64,000 bases of DNA from an uncultured delta proteobacterium (GTDB lineage: Bacteria; Desulfobacterota; Binatia; Binatales; Binataceae), in NCBI GenBank assembly GCA_963711565.1, contig CAVQEQ010000004.1:1376001-1440000 (forward strand). Direction: 5' to 3'. The notes below the pieces were generated by a model. The model did not search any database and was not told where the DNA came from. It worked only from the letters and a program-made list of their open reading frames with translations. The translations under genes and the position numbers were made by a program. Of this stretch, positions 50,059 to 60,940 are shown one piece after another. Every line of letters begins with the position of its first letter. Position 1 is the first letter of the stretch.

Positions 50059-52659
50059 TCAGTAGGTCGGCAGAACTCCGGTCGAGGAGCCAACCGTGCC
50101 CGCGCGCTGGAACGGATTGCGCCCGAATGGCCGCTGCCCGATCGAACCCAAACCGCCGAGCGTCAACTGGAACTGGATCTGCACTTCGTTGGGATTGTAC
50201 GAATCGGTAAGGCCAACGTCCGCCGCCCAGCAATCGCACGGCGATTTGAGCCGCACGCCATATTCCGTCAACAGCATTTGAGTCGAAGCGATGTCGTATG
50301 AGGGCGCAAAGTACAGGCCCAACCTGTCGAACACCTCGGTGTACGCGGTGCCCGAAACGAACTCGGCGGCATTCTTGTTAGTCCCCTGAATGACCGTGTC
50401 GGTCCGATTCGCATAGTTGTATCCCAACTGTATGAACGAGCCTTGCAGCGCCTTGCCCATGTAAATATTCGACCCCGGCGTTAACCAAGGCGGCTGATAA
50501 CTTATCGACGTGTCCGCAAACGTGACCCCGGCATGATTGCGCGGGCTGTAATCAACCTCCGTGCTGAATGTCATAAGCTGGCTCAAATAGAGGTGCAGCA
50601 GCGCCTGGATGTCCGACATGTCCGAGTTCTCCGCCACTATGTGCCCGATGTCGTACGCCTGCTGTATCGTCAATGAACCAACCTGCGAGGAATGTTCGCC
50701 GTCGCGGACAATATTCCCGGCGTGTGGGATCGCCGTATCCTCGATCGGCTCTTCGCTGAGCGGCCCGGTCGCCGAATCGGCATCGGACAATCCCTCGTTC
50801 GGAGTCGCGTCCGTGGTCGTCTCCTCCGGCGGCAAATCTCTGGTTTTGGCGAACAGCTTGGTGGTGAAGCCGTAGGTGAAGAGACTGCGCGAGTTCAGGC
50901 GATCGAACGAATCGAACAGGGGCATGTTGCCCTGGTAGATATTCGGCACGTAGTAATAACTCGCAAACGGCTGAATGGTATTTTTGAGCGCCTCGACCGT
51001 CTTCCCGTCAACGTTGTAAACGCGATCGAGAATCGTGGAGATCCCGGCTTTTGCGTAAGGGACGATCCGCGCGGTGTCGCCCGCGGAGCTGAACGGGCTC
51101 AGCACCGCGCAATTGTTCCAAATGAGCTCCTGACCGCCGCCGTCAGCGCAAGTGTTGTTCTGGGGCTTGACCAATTCGGATTTAGGTGTGGTTCCGACCG
51201 GAATGATGTGGATATCATGTCCGTTGGTGTCATAGAACGCCGCCTGCGAACCTATCTGCCCGTAACCCTGTACGTAGTCGCCCCAACGCCATGGCAGCGT
51301 CACGCGAGGATTCGCGTCCAGCCGGAGGCCATCGATCCCTTCGTAGCGGTAGAAGTTGACCGCCTCCGCGTCGTAGTCCGCGTACATCAGGTTGTTGAAC
51401 AATTCCTGGCGTCCGGTCACCGTCGCATCGGGCAGCCGCTGCAACGCGAACTGCTGCGGCTGAATCAGATCCTGGTTCCAGCTTCCTTTGACGTTCACGT
51501 AGGCGTTTTCGAACTCGTCGAGCAGCCCGAAATCCGACGCCGCATCTCGCATCGAGCTCCAATTGTTGCTCTGGAAACCGCGCGACAGCGTCCACACATC
51601 CATCTCGCGCAGGTACAGGCTGTCGCTGACGGAGGCCGTGTCGGCGTACGCCATCAGATCGGGCGTGAGATGCTCCCGCGTCATCCCGATTATCCCGTAG
51701 CGGTCGAGCGGAATGTGCGGATCGGCGATCTGGTAGTCAACGGTGTCGTTGATGCGATTCTGGTCCGATCGGAGCGACTCGTTATAGAACGCGCCGTCCA
51801 CCCACAAATAATCGTCTTTGCCGTTGACCAGCCGATATTCACCCAAGCCACCGACGCGCTGCGAGGTCTCGATATCGAGCGCGACCGTCGCGTCGGAACT
51901 CTTGTTAATCGCCAGGTAGTACGGCTGCAGCCACTGAAAGCCGCGCAGCCCCGATTCACCCTCGCGCCCGCTCAGCAAGCCGCTGTGCCGATCCGTGTCC
52001 GCCGGGAAGACCAGGTACGGGAACGGAATCACCGGGTAGCCCGCCACGTTGAAGGTGCCATTGGTGGCATGGCCCGTATGGCCCATGTTCACCGTCATCT
52101 GGTCAGCGTTTATCGACCACGACGGCGTGCCCTTCTCGCATCCGCAGGTCGTGAAGAAACCCTTCTTCACAACGTAGTTCGGCCCTTCCTGCTTGATGAT
52201 CTCCTGACCCTCGAGGTGGTAAATGTCCTGCTTCGCCAACACCTTCGAGTTGTACAGCACCATCGTCTCATTGGTGATGTTGATCGTCGCCTTGGTCGCC
52301 CACATTTCGACTTCCGGATCGATCAGATGGACATTGCCGATAGCCGTGGCTTGCCGTTCACGGCGCATAATGTCGATTTCGTCGGCCTTCAGCACGCTGC
52401 CGCCCTGGGTCATGACGGCGTCGCCCTTGACGACGAAGGTGTCGGTCTTGGAGTCGTAGATCGTTTCCTGACCGGTGACGTTTACCGGAGCCTCATGCTC
52501 CGCGCGAACCGCGGGAGGAACTGCAAATCCTTTCGATTTTCGGGGCGGGGCTGTTTGTTGGGGCGGTGTGGCCGCATTGGCGATCGCCGGCGAGAGCATC
52601 GCGGCCAACACCATCGCGATCGCGATTCGTTTAAGCGCCGGCTTCAGGAAACAACCCAC
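50059..52659 (-). CDS. lptD: LPS assembly protein LptD
   Basis: Signal peptide, jellyroll domain, FTTC..PSW, RHSGLL, PYYLAI, beta-barrel ending CDCW...QFQLTL.GLG. Confidence 0.88.
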   Translation of the reverse strand: MGCFLKPALKRIAIAMVLAAMLSPAIANAATPPQQTAPPRKSKGFAVPPAVRAEHEAPVNVTGQETIYDSKTDTFVVKGDAVMTQGGSVLKADEIDIMRRERQATAIGNVHLIDPEVEMWATKATINITNETMVLYNSKVLAKQDIYHLEGQEIIKQEGPNYVVKKGFFTTCGCEKGTPSWSINADQMTVNMGHTGHATNGTFNVAGYPVIPFPYLVFPADTDRHSGLLSGREGESGLRGFQWLQPYYLAINKSSDATVALDIETSQRVGGLGEYRLVNGKDDYLWVDGAFYNESLRSDQNRINDTVDYQIADPHIPLDRYGIIGMTREHLTPDLMAYADTASVSDSLYLREMDVWTLSRGFQSNNWSSMRDAASDFGLLDEFENAYVNVKGSWNQDLIQPQQFALQRLPDATVTGRQELFNNLMYADYDAEAVNFYRYEGIDGLRLDANPRVTLPWRWGDYVQGYGQIGSQAAFYDTNGHDIHIIPVGTTPKSELVKPQNNTCADGGGQELIWNNCAVLSPFSSAGDTARIVPYAKAGISTILDRVYNVDGKTVEALKNTIQPFASYYYVPNIYQGNMPLFDSFDRLNSRSLFTYGFTTKLFAKTRDLPPEETTTDATPNEGLSDADSATGPLSEEPIEDTAIPHAGNIVRDGEHSSQVGSLTIQQAYDIGHIVAENSDMSDIQALLHLYLSQLMTFSTEVDYSPRNHAGVTFADTSISYQPPWLTPGSNIYMGKALQGSFIQLGYNYANRTDTVIQGTNKNAAEFVSGTAYTEVFDRLGLYFAPSYDIASTQMLLTEYGVRLKSPCDCWAADVGLTDSYNPNEVQIQFQLTLGGLGSIGQRPFGRNPFQRAGTVGSSTGVLPTY

Positions 52660-53941
52660 TCCGCCCCTCGAGCGTCAGAAAATACGGGTAAACTTCGCCG
52701 ATAAGATACACCGATCCCGTAACCAGCGCCACGTCATTTGGCGTCAATTCGGAAATCACCCGCTCGATCGCACGCATCGAATCGCGCTCGACGCGCGCCG
52801 GACAATGCGCCGCGAAATGCGCGACCAGTTCCTCGGGCTCGAGCGGGCTCTTGGGCTTGGCGCGCGTCAAGGTTACGTCGCGCACGCGCGGACCGAGCAT
52901 CGCCGCCATCGCGGCCCACTCCTTCGCCGACTGGCATCCGAATATCAGGCGCGGCTTCACGTCCGGCCCGAGCTCGACGCTCATCGTCTCGAGCAGTGCC
53001 GCGATACTCATTTCGTTGTGCGCACAATCAAGAATTACCAGCGGCCGCTTCGATACGATGTCGAACCGCCCCGGCCAGTATATTTCCCGCAGACCTTTCC
53101 TGATTGCGTCCTCGTCCATCCGCCAACCCTGCGCGCGCAGCGCCTCGAGCGTAGCGACCGCAATCGCGGCATTCTCCTGTTGAAACGGTCCCGCCAGCCC
53201 AAGCTCGAGATCGCGCAGCTCCAACCCGAGTCCGTGGTAGTCCATTCGATGCGCGGGCGCTTGCGAATCGAACGAAAAATCGCGGTCGATCAGACGCACC
53301 GCACTTCCGCGCTGACCAGCAATCAACGTCAGCGCCAGCCGCGCTTCAGGGTCGCGCGCGCCAATCACCACGGGAATGTTGTTCTTGATAATCCCACCCT
53401 TCTCGCCCGCAATCGCGGCAATCGTGTGGCCGAGATATTCCATGTGATCGAAACCGATCGGCGTGATCACGCTCAACATCGGCGTGACGACGTTGGTCGA
53501 ATCGAGCCGCCCGCCAAGTCCCGTCTCTACCACCGCGATATCGACGTTCTCCTCGGCGAAGTAGAGGAACATCATCGCGACCGTGAACTCGAAAAACGTG
53601 AGCGCCATGCCCGCGCGGTCGTAAATCGCGCGCAGCCGCTCGATGTAATGGAGCATCAGCGCCGCTGGAATCTCGGCGCCGGAGATTCGCGTCCGCTCGG
53701 CCAAATTCACAAGATGCGGCTTGGTGTAGAGTCCGGTTCGATACCCCGCCTGCCGCAAACAACTGTCGAGCATGGCGGCAACCGAACCCTTGCCCTTGGT
53801 ACCAGCAATATGAACAGCGCGCAGCTTGCGATGCGGATTGCCAATAAGCTCGAGCGCGGCCTCCATCCGCTCAAGCTTGTAAATCTCGCCGCGCGCTTCC
53901 AGCGAATAGAGCCAGTCGAGAGTCTTCGAGAGTTGGTCCAT
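52631..53941 (-). CDS. folC: Folylpolyglutamate/dihydrofolate synthase
   Basis: HIAGTKGKGS, TFFE, ETGLGGRLDSTNV, DH..YLG, WPGR, LDCAHN, TGSVYL. Confidence 0.96.
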   Translation of the reverse strand: MDQLSKTLDWLYSLEARGEIYKLERMEAALELIGNPHRKLRAVHIAGTKGKGSVAAMLDSCLRQAGYRTGLYTKPHLVNLAERTRISGAEIPAALMLHYIERLRAIYDRAGMALTFFEFTVAMMFLYFAEENVDIAVVETGLGGRLDSTNVVTPMLSVITPIGFDHMEYLGHTIAAIAGEKGGIIKNNIPVVIGARDPEARLALTLIAGQRGSAVRLIDRDFSFDSQAPAHRMDYHGLGLELRDLELGLAGPFQQENAAIAVATLEALRAQGWRMDEDAIRKGLREIYWPGRFDIVSKRPLVILDCAHNEMSIAALLETMSVELGPDVKPRLIFGCQSAKEWAAMAAMLGPRVRDVTLTRAKPKSPLEPEELVAHFAAHCPARVERDSMRAIERVISELTPNDVALVTGSVYLIGEVYPYFLTLEGRSGLFPEAGA

Positions 53942-54061
53942 TTCCAGCCCGGAGTTTACCGGCTATCTGTCACACGAGGAAGATTTCGCGGGTCTGCCTG
54001 CGCAGCTCCTATATGCACGGGAGGCTGGAAATTGTAACTGTACGCGTCTCAGGAGAAATCA

Positions 54062-54352
54062 ATGAGCGAAGGCAGGCGGTTCGACGATGAACAGTTGCGG
54101 GGCGCCAGGTTCCGCGGATGCGGTCTGGCGCAAGCGGAGTTTGATGACGTGGAGTTGGCTGATGCCAGATTCACCAACGTGAATTTGCGCGGGGCGTCGT
54201 TCACCAACATAAACCTGCAAGGCGCTAAGGTTACCGACGCTAATCTCGCCAACGTCAGCATCGACGACTCGAACATCGTCGGCCTCACGATCCTCGGCTG
54301 GAACATCGCGGACCTGATCAAAGAGGCGCAGCAGGGAAAAGGTTCAGGCTAA
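54062..54352 (+). CDS. Pentapeptide repeat protein
   Basis: A.(F/L)..-type 5-aa repeats; AGGAG RBS. Confidence 0.85.
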   Translation: MSEGRRFDDEQLRGARFRGCGLAQAEFDDVELADARFTNVNLRGASFTNINLQGAKVTDANLANVSIDDSNIVGLTILGWNIADLIKEAQQGKGSG

Positions 54353-54447
54353 GATATTCCTCGACGCTTACCCTTCGATGCACCCGCGCCCGCGCCCCGG
54401 TCGCCGCGCGGCCTCGTCAGCATCGCGAGAATTCGCGCTAGCATAAG
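54349..54447 (-). pseudogene. Displaced, diverged duplicate of the accD 3' end
   Basis: Reads LARILAMLTRPRGDRGAGAGASKGKRRGIS* versus accD LARILAMLTKPRANRGAAPSASKGKRRRFRDGS*. Confidence 0.8.
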
Positions 54448-54632
54448 CCCCTCACTTAACACCTCCCTCTTTGTGGTATCCCGACCGAAGTCTGTGGAGC
54501 GGAGGGATCACCAAACCAACCACCTTGAAGAAAACCCCAACCACTCTCGTCTAACACCCGACTCGGACTCGCAACCGTAGCAAGACCGCTTGTGAACTTC
54601 CGTCTTGCGAAAAACCCTTCGTGAGGTTTTCG

Positions 54633-54986
54633 ATGCGCAAAGGATGGATAGCTTTTCTAATCGGAGCTTTCGTCGTGACGGTGACGCATGCCGGGGTCGC
54701 CCGAGCCCTTACGTGCACTTACGAATCAACCCCGACAACCGGCAACCCTCTATCTCAGTGCTACGTCACAGGTGACGGAACACCTTGTCCACACGGTACC
54801 CAAATAACCGGCGGAGCCTGTTCCAGCGATCCAGCCCTGCCTCTCGTGAGTTCCGAGGTAATCGAAACCCCCGGCGTAACCGATCCGTTCAGTTGGCGCT
54901 GTACCTACCAGCTTCCAACTGTCGGTGACGTCTGCCAAGGGTTGAACAACGTCACCATCACGGCGACGAGTATCTGCTGCAAGTAG
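54633..54986 (+). CDS. Small secreted Cys-rich protein
   Basis: GAGG RBS, signal peptide ending ARA, CP.G..ITGGAC..W.C..ICCK; lower GC. Confidence 0.7.
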   Translation: MRKGWIAFLIGAFVVTVTHAGVARALTCTYESTPTTGNPLSQCYVTGDGTPCPHGTQITGGACSSDPALPLVSSEVIETPGVTDPFSWRCTYQLPTVGDVCQGLNNVTITATSICCK

Positions 54987-55010
54987 ACCCGGCGCCGGGG
55001 TCTTGCGGCA

Positions 55011-55904
55011 TCAGGACCCGTCCCTGAAGCGCCTGCGCTTGCCTTTCGATGCTGACGGAGCTGCGCCCCGATTCGCTCGCGGCTTTGTCAGCATCGCGAG
55101 GATTCGTGCCAGCGTGAAGCGCATCTGATGGCGCGGGACGATCGCGTCCAGCATTCCATGCGCGAGCATGAATTCGGCGCGCTGAAAATCTTCGGGCAAC
55201 TCCTGGTTGCTGGTCTGCGCCGTCACGCAACGTCCCGCGAATCCGATCAGCGCGCCGGGCTCCGAGATGTTCAAATCGCCCAGCATCGCGAACGAAGCGG
55301 CGACGCCGCCGATGGTTGGATCGCACAGCACGGAAATATACGGGAGGCGCGAGGCGCGAAAACGGGCGATCGCGGAAGATACTTTCGCCATCTGCATCAA
55401 CGAGAGCGCACCTTCCTGCATCCGCGCGCCGCCCGACGCGATAAATAAAATCACCGGCAAGCGGCGCTCGCCCGCGACGTCGAACAGCCGCGCGAGCTTC
55501 TCGCCCACCACCACGCCCATGCTGCCGCCCATGAACTCGAAATCCATTACGCCGATCGCCACCGGCCGATTCTCGATTTTGCCGAGGCCGACGACCACCG
55601 CGTCGTTGCGGCCGCTGCTCGCGCGCGCCTGCTCCATCCGATTTGGATACGGGCGCGTATCGACGAAGCCGAGCGGATCGCCAATCGCCATCTCGGCCAT
55701 CAGCTCGCGCCACGTCCCGCGATCGACGCTGATTGAAAGCCGTTGCCCGACGGTGACGCGGAAATGATGGCCGCACTTGGGACATACGTTCAGATTGCGC
55801 TCCACTTCCTTGCGGAACGCCATCTCCTTGCACGACGGGCACTTCGACCAGATATCGTCGGAGGGCGCCTGCGCCGAGGCCGGCGTTTGTTCGCGCTCAG
55901 CCAT
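55011..55904 (-). CDS. accD: Acetyl-CoA carboxylase carboxyltransferase beta
   Basis: W.KCP.C..CPKC zinc finger, FMGGSMG, SGGARMQEG, EPGALIGFAG, FQRAEF. Confidence 0.96.
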   Translation of the reverse strand: MAEREQTPASAQAPSDDIWSKCPSCKEMAFRKEVERNLNVCPKCGHHFRVTVGQRLSISVDRGTWRELMAEMAIGDPLGFVDTRPYPNRMEQARASSGRNDAVVVGLGKIENRPVAIGVMDFEFMGGSMGVVVGEKLARLFDVAGERRLPVILFIASGGARMQEGALSLMQMAKVSSAIARFRASRLPYISVLCDPTIGGVAASFAMLGDLNISEPGALIGFAGRCVTAQTSNQELPEDFQRAEFMLAHGMLDAIVPRHQMRFTLARILAMLTKPRANRGAAPSASKGKRRRFRDGS

Positions 55905-56745
55905 CTGAATTCTCCGCTGCGGCATGATCCGTTCGCCGTGCCGCTTTCATCGCATCTTTCATCGCGCCGACCAATCCGCCCACCGCCTCCGGCACGTCGC
56001 CGGATTTGGCGTGCGCTTCGACTATCATGGAAATCGCGCTGCCGACTACGACCGCGTCCGCCATCGTTGCGACCTCGGCGGCCTGCGCGGGCGTCGAGAT
56101 GCCGAAGCCGACGCCGATCGGCAGATCGGTCACGCTGCGAATCTCGCGCATGTGATCGCCGATGCCGGTATCAAGATGAGCGCGCGCGCCAGTCACCCCA
56201 GTCAACGACACATAGTATAGGAAGCCACTGGCGGAGCGCGCGATCGCGCGGCTTCGCTCCATCGGCGTCGTCGGCGCGAGCAGATAGATCAGGTCGAGGC
56301 CGTTGGCGCGCGCGGGTTTCTTGAGCTCGCCCGCTTCCTCCGGCGGCAAATCCACGACCAGCAACGCGTCGATACCTGCGCGCGCGGCGTCAGCGCAGAG
56401 CCGATCGCATCCGTAATGAAAAATCGGGTTGTAGTAGCCGAACAGGATCAGCGGAATCTGCGTCTGCGCGCGAAGCTCGCTCACCATCGAGAGTATCGCC
56501 GCCAACGAGGCGCCCGCGCCAAGTCCGCGCGCGATCGCGCGCTGATTGGCGGGCCCGTCCGCCATCGGATCGGAAAACGGCACGCCCAACTCGATCAAGT
56601 CGGCGCCGCGAGCCTCGAGTTCGAGCACGAGGCGCCGCGTCGTGTCCATATCGGGATCGCCGGCGACGATGAACGGGATCAGCGCCGCCTCGCCGCGCGC
56701 GCGCAGCTCGCGAAATTTACGTTTGATTCTATGCGCTGCCGCCAT
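55897..56745 (-). CDS. trpA: Tryptophan synthase alpha
   Basis: ELGVPFSDPMADGP, YYNP, VDLPPEE, GVTG, GFGIS, VVGSA. Confidence 0.96.
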   Translation of the reverse strand: MAAAHRIKRKFRELRARGEAALIPFIVAGDPDMDTTRRLVLELEARGADLIELGVPFSDPMADGPANQRAIARGLGAGASLAAILSMVSELRAQTQIPLILFGYYNPIFHYGCDRLCADAARAGIDALLVVDLPPEEAGELKKPARANGLDLIYLLAPTTPMERSRAIARSASGFLYYVSLTGVTGARAHLDTGIGDHMREIRSVTDLPIGVGFGISTPAQAAEVATMADAVVVGSAISMIVEAHAKSGDVPEAVGGLVGAMKDAMKAARRTDHAAAENSDG

Positions 56746-56747
56746 AA

Positions 56748-57942
56748 CTACACCGTCACCCCGAGCGCCCTGGCGACCGTCTGCATATCCTTGTCGCCGC
56801 GCCCCGACAGATTCACGATCATGATTTGTTCCTTCGCCATCTGCGGCGCCAGCTTGATCGCCTGCGCCACCGCATGCGCACTTTCGAGCGCCGGGATAAT
56901 TCCCTCGGTCTCCGACAGCGTCTTCAGGGCGTCGAGCGCTTCGGAATCTGTGACCGAAGTATATTCGGCGCGGCCAACGTCGTTCAGCCACGAATGCTCG
57001 GGGCCGACGCCGGGGTAATCGAGTCCCGCGGCGATCGAATGCGTCTCGCGAATCTGGCCGAGCTCGTCTTGCAGCAAGTAGGTCTTGTTGCCGTGCAGCA
57101 CACCGACGCTGCCCTGGGTGATCGTGGCAGCATGATGCGGTCCGCTGATGCCGAGACCGGCCGCCTCGACGCCGATCATCTTCACGTTACTGTCTTTGAT
57201 GAACGGATAGAAAAGCCCGATCGCGTTTGAGCCGCCGTTGACGCATGCGACCAGCACGTCGGGCAGACGGCCTTCATGCGTGAGAATCTGGCGGCGGGCC
57301 TCGCGCCCGATGACCGCTTGGAAGTCGCGCACGATCATCGGGTATGGATGCGGTCCCGCCGTCGTGCCGATCAGGTAGTAGGTGTTGCGCACGGTCGCGA
57401 TCCAATCGCGCAGCGCTTCGCTCATCGAGTCCTTCAGGCTCTTGCTGCCCGCATCGACGGGCGTGACTTTCGCGCCAAGCAGCTTCATCCGAAAGACGTT
57501 GAGCGATTGACGCTCGAACGTCGAGCGAGCCCATGAAGACTTCGCACTCGCGGCGAAAGAGCGCCGCCATCGTGGCCGTCGCGACGCCATGCTGTCCCGC
57601 GCCCGTCTCGGCCGTGATGCGCGACTTGTTCATGCGCACGGCGAGCAGAGCCTGGCCGAGCGTGTTGTTCACCTTGTGCGCGCCGGTGTGGCAGAGATCC
57701 TCGCGCTTCATATAAATCTTCGCGCCGCCGAGTTTTGCGGTGAGATTCTCGCACAGGTAAAGCGGCGTCGGGCGTCCGACGAACTCGCGCGAACGATCCT
57801 CCAGCTCGGCGCGAAATTTTGGATCGCGGCGGGCCTCCTTGTAGGCGCGCTCGAGCTCGAACAACGCCGGCATCAGAGTTTCAGCGACGTACTTGCCGCC
57901 GAACTGGCCGAAGTGGCCGCGGCTATCGGGAACGTTTTGCAT
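56748..57942 (-). CDS. trpB: Tryptophan synthase beta (one extra base at ~57517)
   Basis: [21 protein letters not shown] in frame 1; [34 protein letters not shown] in frame 2. Confidence 0.95.
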
Positions 57943-58531
57943 TGGTAATGAAGCTCCTCAGTTTATCGTGGTCCTTGACTCCCGGCGACGACTCGACGCC
58001 GCCGGCGCAATCGACCGCATAAGGTTCGAGTGCGGCCACCTCGGCAACATTGTCGGGATTCAATCCGCCGGCGACGAACGCGCGACTCAAATCAAGCCGG
58101 CGAAGTTGATCCAGCGGAATACGGCAGCCCGTGCCGCCGCGCAGTTTCGCGTCGAAGGCGTCGAGCAGCACATAGTTGGCTCGATGCGGCATCGCACTGG
58201 ATGTATAGCCAGGCTTCAAACGGTGCGTGAGGATCGTTGGCACCGGCCAGCCTGCGAGCATCGCGTCGTCTTCGTCGCCGGAGAACTGAATCATATCGAG
58301 CGCCGCTGCCCGCAACCGGTCATCGACATAAGCGCGCGCCGCGTTCACGAATACTCCGACCAGCGCGGCGCTTGATCCAATCGCCGCCCGAATCTTTCTC
58401 GCGCGATCGATCTCGACATAGCGCGGACTCTTTGCGTAGAAATTCAGCCCGAGCATGTCGGCGCCCGCGGCGATTGCCGCGCGCGCATCCTCGACGCGCG
58501 TGATGCCGCAGATTTTGACGCGTACCGTCAT
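57923..58531 (-). CDS. trpF: Phosphoribosylanthranilate isomerase
   Basis: VKICGIT, SPRYV, GVFV, GGTG, AGGL.P.NV, GVE..PG.KD. Confidence 0.95.
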   Translation of the reverse strand: MTVRVKICGITRVEDARAAIAAGADMLGLNFYAKSPRYVEIDRARKIRAAIGSSAALVGVFVNAARAYVDDRLRAAALDMIQFSGDEDDAMLAGWPVPTILTHRLKPGYTSSAMPHRANYVLLDAFDAKLRGGTGCRIPLDQLRRLDLSRAFVAGGLNPDNVAEVAALEPYAVDCAGGVESSPGVKDHDKLRSFITNAKRSR

Positions 58532-59307
58532 AACGCGCGCATCAACTCGCCGAGCTTCGCGCCCGGCGTGCCGCCTTTCAGCAGACTCTCACCGATCAGA
58601 AACGCACCCGCGCCCGCCGCGTCGAGCCGCCGAATATCGCTCGGCGAATCAATCCCGCTTTCCGTGACGATCAGCGCGTCGCCCTTGTAGCCTGCGAGGA
58701 TGCGCTCGGTCACGGCGATATCGGTCACGAAAGTGTGCAAGTCGCGGTTGTTGATGCCGATCAAACCAGCGCCGATTTTCTCCGCGAGCGCGAACTCTGC
58801 GGCGTCGTGCGATTCGACCAGCGTCGCCATCCCAAGCTCGCGCGCGAGCGCCGCCAGCGAGCGCAGCTCGCCCTCTTTCAGCATCGCGGCGATCAGCAGA
58901 ATACAATCCGCACCGGCCGCACGCGCCTCATAAACCTGGTACGGCTCGAAAATGAAATCCTTGCGCAGCAATGGAACATCCACGGCGGCGCGGACTGCGC
59001 GCAAATCGTCGAGCGTGCCCTTGAAATGCACGTCAGTCAGAACGGAAATCGCAGCGGCGCCGACGGCGACATACTCGCGCGCCACGTTCGCCGGATCGAG
59101 TCCCGGCATGATGTCGCCCTTGCTCGGTGAGGCGCGTTTGATCTCCGCGACTATTGCGGGACGCCGCGCGCGCAGCGCCGCGATCAAATCGCGCGGCTTG
59201 GGCGCGCGCCCCGCTTCCGCAACAATCGCCATCGGCGACACGACTGCGCGTCGCTCGCGCACTTCGACACGCTTGGCGGCGTAAATGTTGTCGAGTATCG
59301 AAGTCAT
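58528..59307 (-). CDS. trpC: Indole-3-glycerol phosphate synthase
   Basis: AEIKRASPSKG, SVLTD, LRKDF, GINNRDL, ESGI, LIGE. Confidence 0.96.
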   Translation of the reverse strand: MTSILDNIYAAKRVEVRERRAVVSPMAIVAEAGRAPKPRDLIAALRARRPAIVAEIKRASPSKGDIMPGLDPANVAREYVAVGAAAISVLTDVHFKGTLDDLRAVRAAVDVPLLRKDFIFEPYQVYEARAAGADCILLIAAMLKEGELRSLAALARELGMATLVESHDAAEFALAEKIGAGLIGINNRDLHTFVTDIAVTERILAGYKGDALIVTESGIDSPSDIRRLDAAGAGAFLIGESLLKGGTPGAKLGELMRAL

Positions 59308-60326
59308 TGTACTCCGTTGCTGGCGCGGCGGAGTTTGTCGAGGACTTCCAGGGCGCGCCTCGAGGCGATAATTTCGCGCGCCACACCGACGCCTTCTGTT
59401 AGCGAAGCGGCCTTGCCGCCGACGTAGATCGAGGCGCCGCCGTTGAGCGCGAGCACATCTTGCGCCGCGCCCGCGCCGCCATCAAGCGCGCCGCGCAGAA
59501 CCCGCACGGCATCGTCGAGATCCTTGATTACCAACGTGCGATGGTCGCCACGCGCCATGCCGAGGCTTTCGGGCGTGATTTCATATTCGGTCATCTTTCC
59601 GTCGCGAAGTTCCGCCACACGAGTCGGACCGCTGATGGCGATTTCATCGATACCGTCGCCGCCATGCACGACCATCGCGCGCCGCGTTCCCAGCGCCTTG
59701 AGCGCATGCGCCATCGGCCGGATCAAATTCTCATCGGCGACGCCCAGCAGATGGAAGTGCGGACGCGCCGGGTTGCCGAGCGACCCCATCAAATTGAAGA
59801 TAGTGCGGATTCGGAGCTCGCGTCTGAGCGGCGCGATCTTCTTGAACGCGGGATGATACGCCTGCGCGAAGATGTGACAGCATCCCGCCGCGTCGAGGCA
59901 TCGCTTCAGCCCCTCAGGATCGCAATCGATCTTCACGCCCATCGCCTCGAGCACGTCGGCCGTTCCTACCGTGCCGCTGATCGCGCGATTGCCGTGCTTG
60001 GCGACCGGCACGCCCGCCGCGGCAGCGATCAGCGCTGCGCCGGTCGAGATGTTGAAGGTGCTCGCGCCGTCGCCGCCGGTGCCGCAGGTATCGAGCACTT
60101 CGCCGTCGCGAAGATTGAGCGGACGCGCCCTCGTCAGCATCGCGCGCACTGCGCCTGCCAGCTCGTCGGCCTCGGCGCCTTTGATTTTCAATGCAACGAG
60201 AAACGCGCCGACTACGGCGTCGTGCGCGCCGCCGTCCATAATCTCGCCGATCGCGAGTTCGGCCTCAGCGTCGGTGAGCGAGCGCCCGTCGATGAGCGCT
60301 TGCAGCGCGTCGTGAAGTCCGCTCAT
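59304..60326 (-). CDS. trpD: Anthranilate phosphoribosyltransferase
   Basis: [30 protein letters not shown]. Confidence 0.96.
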   Translation of the reverse strand: MSGLHDALQALIDGRSLTDAEAELAIGEIMDGGAHDAVVGAFLVALKIKGAEADELAGAVRAMLTRARPLNLRDGEVLDTCGTGGDGASTFNISTGAALIAAAAGVPVAKHGNRAISGTVGTADVLEAMGVKIDCDPEGLKRCLDAAGCCHIFAQAYHPAFKKIAPLRRELRIRTIFNLMGSLGNPARPHFHLLGVADENLIRPMAHALKALGTRRAMVVHGGDGIDEIAISGPTRVAELRDGKMTEYEITPESLGMARGDHRTLVIKDLDDAVRVLRGALDGGAGAAQDVLALNGGASIYVGGKAASLTEGVGVAREIIASRRALEVLDKLRRASNGVQ

Positions 60327-60940
60327 CGCGCAGTTCCGTTTTTCTCGAGGCTGTCGAGAAAGTTTTGCAACAGATGTTTGCCCTCGAAGGTCAGAATGGA
60401 TTCGGGATGAAACTGCACGCCTTCGACCGCGTGCTGTTTATGTCGGAGGCCCATGATTTCGTTTTCTGCCGTGCGGGCGCTGACTTCCAGCGCCGGCGGA
60501 ATCGACGCGGCGTCAACCAGCAACGAATGATAGCGCATCGCATCGAACGGGCTCGGAATTCCCGCGAAGATCGTTTTGCCGTCGTGGACTATCGGCGAGG
60601 TCTTGCCGTGCATCAGGCGACCCGCGCGCACGACCTTGCCGCCGAAGGCCTCGCCGATACATTGCAGGCCGAGGCATACGCCAAGAATCGGAACTTCGCC
60701 CGCCATCTCGCGCAGGAGGGTCAGCGAGATGCCGGCTTCAGTGGGGGTGCACGGTCCGGGCGAGATGACAATGGCGGTGGGATGAAGCGCGCGGATGCCG
60801 GCGACGTCGATGGCGTCGTTGCGCTTGACCGTCACGTCGGCGCCGAGCTCGCCGAGGTACTGTACGAGGTTGTAGGTAAACGAGTCGTAGTTATCGATCA
60901 TCAGGACTCGAATGTTTTCGTTGTGCGCCATGCGACTCAC
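60323..60940 (-). CDS. trpG: Anthranilate synthase component II
   Basis: [34 protein letters not shown]. Confidence 0.95.
   Translation of the reverse strand: MSRMAHNENIRVLMIDNYDSFTYNLVQYLGELGADVTVKRNDAIDVAGIRALHPTAIVISPGPCTPTEAGISLTLLREMAGEVPILGVCLGLQCIGEAFGGKVVRAGRLMHGKTSPIVHDGKTIFAGIPSPFDAMRYHSLLVDAASIPPALEVSARTAENEIMGLRHKQHAVEGVQFHPESILTFEGKHLLQNFLDSLEKNGTAR

Noticed and set aside
53940-54032. 10-bp inverted repeat ATTTCCAGCC/GGCTGGAAAT touching the folC start (riboswitch?)
   Set aside because: No recognisable aptamer; the TSS may lie inside the repeat; could be chance
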